Position numbers and translations under genes: made by a program | NCBI GenBank assembly: GCA_005222975.1 | Contig: NJBI01000002.1 | Location: 32,001 to 96,000 of the forward strand | Length of the DNA stretch: 64,000 nucleotides | Direction: 5' to 3' | Source: Promethearchaeota archaeon Loki_b31 | Lineage (GTDB): Archaea > Asgardarchaeota > Lokiarchaeia > Sigyniarchaeales > SOKP01 | Shown here: positions 59,807-64,000 of the stretch, one piece after another | Layout of the letters: each line of letters begins with the position of its first letter | Numbering within the stretch: the stretch's first letter is position 1 | Notes under the pieces: generated by a model | What the model saw: only the letters and a program-made list of their open reading frames with translations | Told to the model about the DNA's origin: nothing | Database searches by the model: none

Positions 59807-61447
59807 TTACTTTTTTTGAGCTTCTAAATCTTTTAATTCGCGATGAAGTACTTTTCCCACTATTGTTTTTGGAATTTCATCAATAAATTGTACAAAACGC
59901 GGATATTTATCGCCTGCCATATTTTCTTTTGCCCAATTAATGATGTCTTGTTCGCTGATTCCCTTGTCCTTATATTCTTCCTTCAATACGATATATGCTT
60001 TAATGTTTTCGTTTCCCTTGTCATCAATTATTCCAATAACTCCGCATTCTTGAATGGCTTCGTGATAATATAAGAGATCTTCTACTTCAGTGGGGTAAAC
60101 TGAATGTCCTTTATATTTGATCAAGTTCTTTAACCTATCTTTTATGACAAAATATCCGTCTTCATCCATTAAAGCTAAATCTCCCGTCCATAACCAACCG
60201 TCTTTAATCGTATTTTTAGTTTCCTCTTCACGTTTATAGTACCCCCTCATCATTTGCGGTCCTCTTACTACTATTTCCCCTACCTCTCCGACTCCTAGCG
60301 TGTTGCCTTCAGCGTCACATATTTTTACATCGGTATTAGGAAATGGCATTCCGATCGTGCCCGGTTTCAATTTGCCTTCGAATGGGTTTGCGGTAACGGC
60401 TGGAGACATTTCTGTTAAGCCGTATGCTTCTCGAAGCTTTGATCCTGTTAGTTCTTCAAATGTTTTTCTTACATCATCTGGAAGTGGTCCTGCTGAGCTC
60501 AAGCAATACTTTATGCTAGACAAGTCATGATTTTGAATTCCTTCATAAATATTTAAATTGTTATAAATAGCAGCAACTCCTGGAAAGACGGTAACTTTAG
60601 TCGCTTCGATGACTTCGATAATTTCGTGAGCCTCTCTGGGGTTAAATACGCACGCTAATTTCCACCCGTTATGGATGCTCATATTCATCATAAACCCCAT
60701 GTATATATGGTAAAAGGGTAAAGCTGCGAGTAAAACCTCTTTTCCTAATTCTTTTTCAACAAACCATACTTCAGCTTGAAAAATGTTTGCAGCAATACTT
60801 CCGTGTGTAAGCATTGCTCCTTTAGGGAATCCCGTTGTCCCACCAGTATATTGTAGCTGAGCTAAATCGTCTCGAGTGATCTCGACTACAGGCGGGTTTC
60901 GTAGAGTTTCTCTTATTAAATCTTCAAAAGATGGTTCCCCTTCCATTGAAAATTCAGGTGGAGCCATAGGATCTGGACTTAGATAAGGGCCTAAATTGCT
61001 ATAAAATTTATGTATTACTCCAGTATCGTTAATTATAGGATCAACCAATCCCATAAAGCCCTCCCAACCAATATATACCTTTGCGTCGCTATCGATTAGC
61101 TGTCGTTTTATCTCTAATTTCTTATACAAAGGTGAGATTGGCGTAACTACGCCCCCTATTTTCAAAATACCAAAATAGTAGGCAATGAATGCGGGGTTAT
61201 TAGTAAATTGGATTGCAACGCAGTCACCTTTCTTTATGCCAAGCTCGGTTAATTTAGTCGCAACTCGGTAAACAATGTCAAGCAACATCGTATATGTGAG
61301 TTCGAACCCCATGAAATATGTTACAATGTTATTTGGGTAAGTTTTCACAGAATCTTCTAGAAAATCAATTAAAGTTTTATTTGGGATGTCAACTTCTTTT
61401 GGAACACCCTCTGGCCAATGTTTGTAATAAATTTTTTGATCTGACAT
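59807..61447 (-). CDS. Long-chain fatty acid--CoA ligase
   Basis: YTGGTTGFPKG, EAYGLTE, TGD and PKT-x-VGK. Confidence 0.92.
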   Translation of the reverse strand: MSDQKIYYKHWPEGVPKEVDIPNKTLIDFLEDSVKTYPNNIVTYFMGFELTYTMLLDIVYRVATKLTELGIKKGDCVAIQFTNNPAFIAYYFGILKIGGVVTPISPLYKKLEIKRQLIDSDAKVYIGWEGFMGLVDPIINDTGVIHKFYSNLGPYLSPDPMAPPEFSMEGEPSFEDLIRETLRNPPVVEITRDDLAQLQYTGGTTGFPKGAMLTHGSIAANIFQAEVWFVEKELGKEVLLAALPFYHIYMGFMMNMSIHNGWKLACVFNPREAHEIIEVIEATKVTVFPGVAAIYNNLNIYEGIQNHDLSSIKYCLSSAGPLPDDVRKTFEELTGSKLREAYGLTEMSPAVTANPFEGKLKPGTIGMPFPNTDVKICDAEGNTLGVGEVGEIVVRGPQMMRGYYKREEETKNTIKDGWLWTGDLALMDEDGYFVIKDRLKNLIKYKGHSVYPTEVEDLLYYHEAIQECGVIGIIDDKGNENIKAYIVLKEEYKDKGISEQDIINWAKENMAGDKYPRFVQFIDEIPKTIVGKVLHRELKDLEAQKK

Positions 61448-61633
61448 AATTTTATTTTTATATAAGATGTTATTTATTGTTTTTGTTCTGAATATAAGTT
61501 AAAACTATACTTAAGTATGGAAGAATTTTTAACCTAGATATTAAGATATTCAGATAAAATTTTTAATGATTAATCCTTTAAAGGATTATTAATATAATTC
61601 GAAGAAAAACTATGTTATATTATTGTTAATGAG

Positions 61634-62179
61634 GTGTTCAAAATCGACCGAGATGGTGCTTTTAAGTTATGCATTTTTGGTGACGGAGGCGTAGGTAAAA
61701 CTACTCTTATTCAAAGATATCTTACTAAAGTATTCGATGAAGATTTAAAAATGACGATTGGTGCAGATTTCTCTATTAAAACATTCGAAATTGAAGGGAA
61801 AAAAGTTGTCGTTCGAATATGGGATTTTGCTGGAGAGGAACGCTTCAGAGTTCTTTTACCTAGTTTTGCGAAAGGCGCTGATGGGGGGATCTTTATGTAT
61901 GATATTTCAAGATACACAAGTATAAAGAACTTAGACGATTGGCTCTCAATATTTGAAAGAAATGTGAGAGATAAACAAATAAAAATACCAATAGTTATGG
62001 TTGGAGGAAAGTTGGATCTTGAGGATAAACGATCTGTTGAAACAGCTGAAGCTATTGAGTTGTCGAACATCCACAATTTACAAGGTATTTATGAGTGTTC
62101 TTCTAAAACAGGAGTTAATGTGGAAGATATATTCGAATTTATCACGCGTAAAATGATGGAAAATGCTGGTATGCTTTAA
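61634..62179 (+). CDS. Rab-like small GTPase
   Basis: GDGGVGKT, TIGADF, WDFAGE, GKLD and SSK. Confidence 0.93.
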   Translation: MFKIDRDGAFKLCIFGDGGVGKTTLIQRYLTKVFDEDLKMTIGADFSIKTFEIEGKKVVVRIWDFAGEERFRVLLPSFAKGADGGIFMYDISRYTSIKNLDDWLSIFERNVRDKQIKIPIVMVGGKLDLEDKRSVETAEAIELSNIHNLQGIYECSSKTGVNVEDIFEFITRKMMENAGML

Positions 62180-62254
62180 TTTTTCTATTTTTTATAGGGA
62201 ATAAATCCAATCCTTTATATTATAAACTAACTATATTAAAATGAATTTTTCGGG

Positions 62255-63067
62255 TTGAGTAGAAGCATAGAGTGGAAATCCGATTTTGTTACTAATAACG
62301 GAAATAAGTTTCATTATTATAGAACAGGAGGGGACAAACCTCCTGTATTACTTCTTCATGGCGTTATGGATAATGGATTGTGTTGGACACCTCTTGGTCG
62401 TGTTTTAGCTAGTGACTATGATGTGATTTTACCAGATGCTAGAGGTCATGGATTGACTCATATATCTGATGAAACATGGACTTACGAAGCAATGGCAGAT
62501 GATGTTGCTCTACTAATTAAAGACCTTAATGTAGATAAAATACAATTAGTTGGTCATTCTATGGGGGCTGATACGGCTGCTTTAGTAGCAGCGAAATATC
62601 CCGATCTTATTAAAAAGATTGTTCTTGAAGATCCCGGCTTTAGTATGAGTGAAATATCATCGATTAAAAAATCTTCCTTTAAACTTGCGATGAAATTAAT
62701 ATTACCTCGATTTTTAAATAGTACATATGAAGAACTATTAAAGAAAGGGCATAAGCAAACCCCATTATGGTCTGACGAAGATTTAAAACCCTGGGCAGAG
62801 TCAAAAATTCAATTTAGGGAGAAAGATCCTAATTTAATATTTAAAATGTTTAAAAATGAATATAAATGGGAGGAAATAATTAAAAAAATCTCTTGTCCAA
62901 TTCTACTCATCACCGCGGATAAAGGGTTAACCTCAGACAAGTTAGCCCAGAAAGTAATGGATGTGAGTAAAGCCGGAAAATGGGTGAAAATCGAAGGCGC
63001 AAGTCATAGCATTCGGAGAGAGCAATTTAAACAGTATGTTCAAAATATTAAAGAATTTTTAGGCTAA
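62255..63067 (+). CDS. Alpha/beta hydrolase
   Basis: LLHG, DARGHG, GHSMG nucleophile elbow, C-terminal His (GASH). Confidence 0.92.
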   Translation: MSRSIEWKSDFVTNNGNKFHYYRTGGDKPPVLLLHGVMDNGLCWTPLGRVLASDYDVILPDARGHGLTHISDETWTYEAMADDVALLIKDLNVDKIQLVGHSMGADTAALVAAKYPDLIKKIVLEDPGFSMSEISSIKKSSFKLAMKLILPRFLNSTYEELLKKGHKQTPLWSDEDLKPWAESKIQFREKDPNLIFKMFKNEYKWEEIIKKISCPILLITADKGLTSDKLAQKVMDVSKAGKWVKIEGASHSIRREQFKQYVQNIKEFLG

Positions 63068-63142
63068 CTTTTTTTAAATAATGGATTGAGGGATAAGATC
63101 AATTAAATTCAAATTATCTAATTAGAAATATTTATCGTCTTA

Positions 63143-63679
63143 CTATGCAGAAGTTCTCTTGATAACTTTAACTAAACCTTTCTTCCGTAGTTTACTTAGC
63201 ATTTTTTCGACTTTATCAAGGGGTTTTTGCGAAATCTCAGCGCATTCTTCTACTGAATTCATTCCATCACACACTTTTAACAATTTGAACTCATCTAATG
63301 ATAACATTCCTAATTGAACGCTCATTGGCGAAACTTCTTTAACTACAATAGGGATCCTTACTTCTCCACCTACTTCGATGGTCCCAGCTCCAACTTCACT
63401 CATACTCGGAGAATCTCCAAAAAACGATTTCACACCCGTTATGTCGTAATTGTCATTTATATAAAGATAAATCGTGTGTTCCTGACCTGAATAATCATCT
63501 GTATCTTCTAGATCGGGGTAAAGATTTATGTGTTTATGTTCTTTAGTATATATACCCATTTTTAATCCGGATTTAATTTCTTCCTTATTTGCCCTAATAT
63601 TGACCATTTCGGAGCATATATCACACCAAGCCCAAGCTTCTATAAGGCTGAAGTATTTCATTACTTTATTCTCTGGCAT
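63143..63679 (-). CDS. Hypothetical protein with CxxC N-domain and C-terminal winged helix
   Basis: WCDIC...HKH...HT; C-terminal LLKVCDG-x-NSVEE...LSKLRKKGLV. Confidence 0.7.
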   Translation of the reverse strand: MPENKVMKYFSLIEAWAWCDICSEMVNIRANKEEIKSGLKMGIYTKEHKHINLYPDLEDTDDYSGQEHTIYLYINDNYDITGVKSFFGDSPSMSEVGAGTIEVGGEVRIPIVVKEVSPMSVQLGMLSLDEFKLLKVCDGMNSVEECAEISQKPLDKVEKMLSKLRKKGLVKVIKRTSA

Positions 63680-63865
63680 CGCGTTTTTCCAAAAAAGTAA
63701 ATTTTGTATAAAATAAACTTGATTATAATTATTATGTAGTGAATTAATATAAATATTGATTATGAATAATTCCTTGGAAATTTAGGTAATAATTATTTTC
63801 TAAAATCGAAAATAATTAAAGTTAAAGGATATTTTACTATCCATTATAGTTTACTAAGATTAACG

Positions 63866-64000
63866 ATGTCAAGTTTTAAAAAAAAAATGTGTTTCTCGTG
63901 TGGACGACCGATTGCGCCTTATGAAGGTGCAGTTCATTTTCCTTGTCCCCAATGCGGGGATGTAACTATTTGGAGATGCGAACGATGTAGAGCTATGGGG
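63866..64000 (+). CDS. Zn-ribbon protein DUF1610/HVO_2753-like (3'-truncated by window; not in ORF track)
   Basis: MSSFKKKMCFSCGRPIAPYEGAVHFPCPQCGDVTIWRCERCRAMG. Confidence 0.85.
   Translation, partial: MSSFKKKMCFSCGRPIAPYEGAVHFPCPQCGDVTIWRCERCRAMG

Noticed and set aside
312-63716. Short antisense or alternate-frame ORFs in the track (e.g. 312..653, 1745..1996, 9021..9377, 19918..20100, 20004..20384, 39772..40020, 42700..43023, 61711..62076)
   Set aside because: Shadows of well-supported genes, with no motifs of their own.
1-64000. CRISPR array, rRNA or provirus
   Set aside because: No spaced repeats, rRNA-like tract, integrase or viral hallmark seen. The PD-(D/E)XK gene near tRNA-Arg lacks the Cas4 Cys cluster, and no att duplication was seen.

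Overview
Low-GC archaeal chromosomal segment, very likely Asgard (Lokiarchaeia). The assignment rests on a lokiactin, two Rab-like small GTPases, a roadblock/LC7 protein, an EMC6-like membrane protein and an LRR protein among archaeal housekeeping genes (aRqc2/NEMF, pyrI, trpB2, Trm5, tgtA, AK6/Fap7, Hef, Rpo6, TldD/PmbA, PiT with two DUF47 genes, GMP synthase B, msrA). A 12.8-kb hdrC-hdrB-hdrA'-hdrA''-mvhD-hdrA-flxDCBA-frhB-like operon, two tRNAs and one frameshifting DDE transposase are also present. Best leads missed by the ORF track: (1) a 16-codon leader ORF with three Trp codons (MVTEDILFCWQWPWRS), followed by hairpins and U-tracts, upstream of trpB2, a candidate Trp-sensing attenuator in an Asgard archaeon; (2) three tandem paralogous 8-Cys microproteins heading the Hdr-Flx operon, divergent from an Lrp regulator; (3) a roadblock gene and a Rab-like GTPase gene whose conserved N-termini have no usable ATG/GTG/TTG and both read ATT-ATC-RAA-TTT after an SD-like element, suggesting non-AUG initiation; (4) tRNA-Val(CAC) with two non-canonical BHB introns (44/45 and 58/59). 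All calls come from manual motif recognition; no database search was run.
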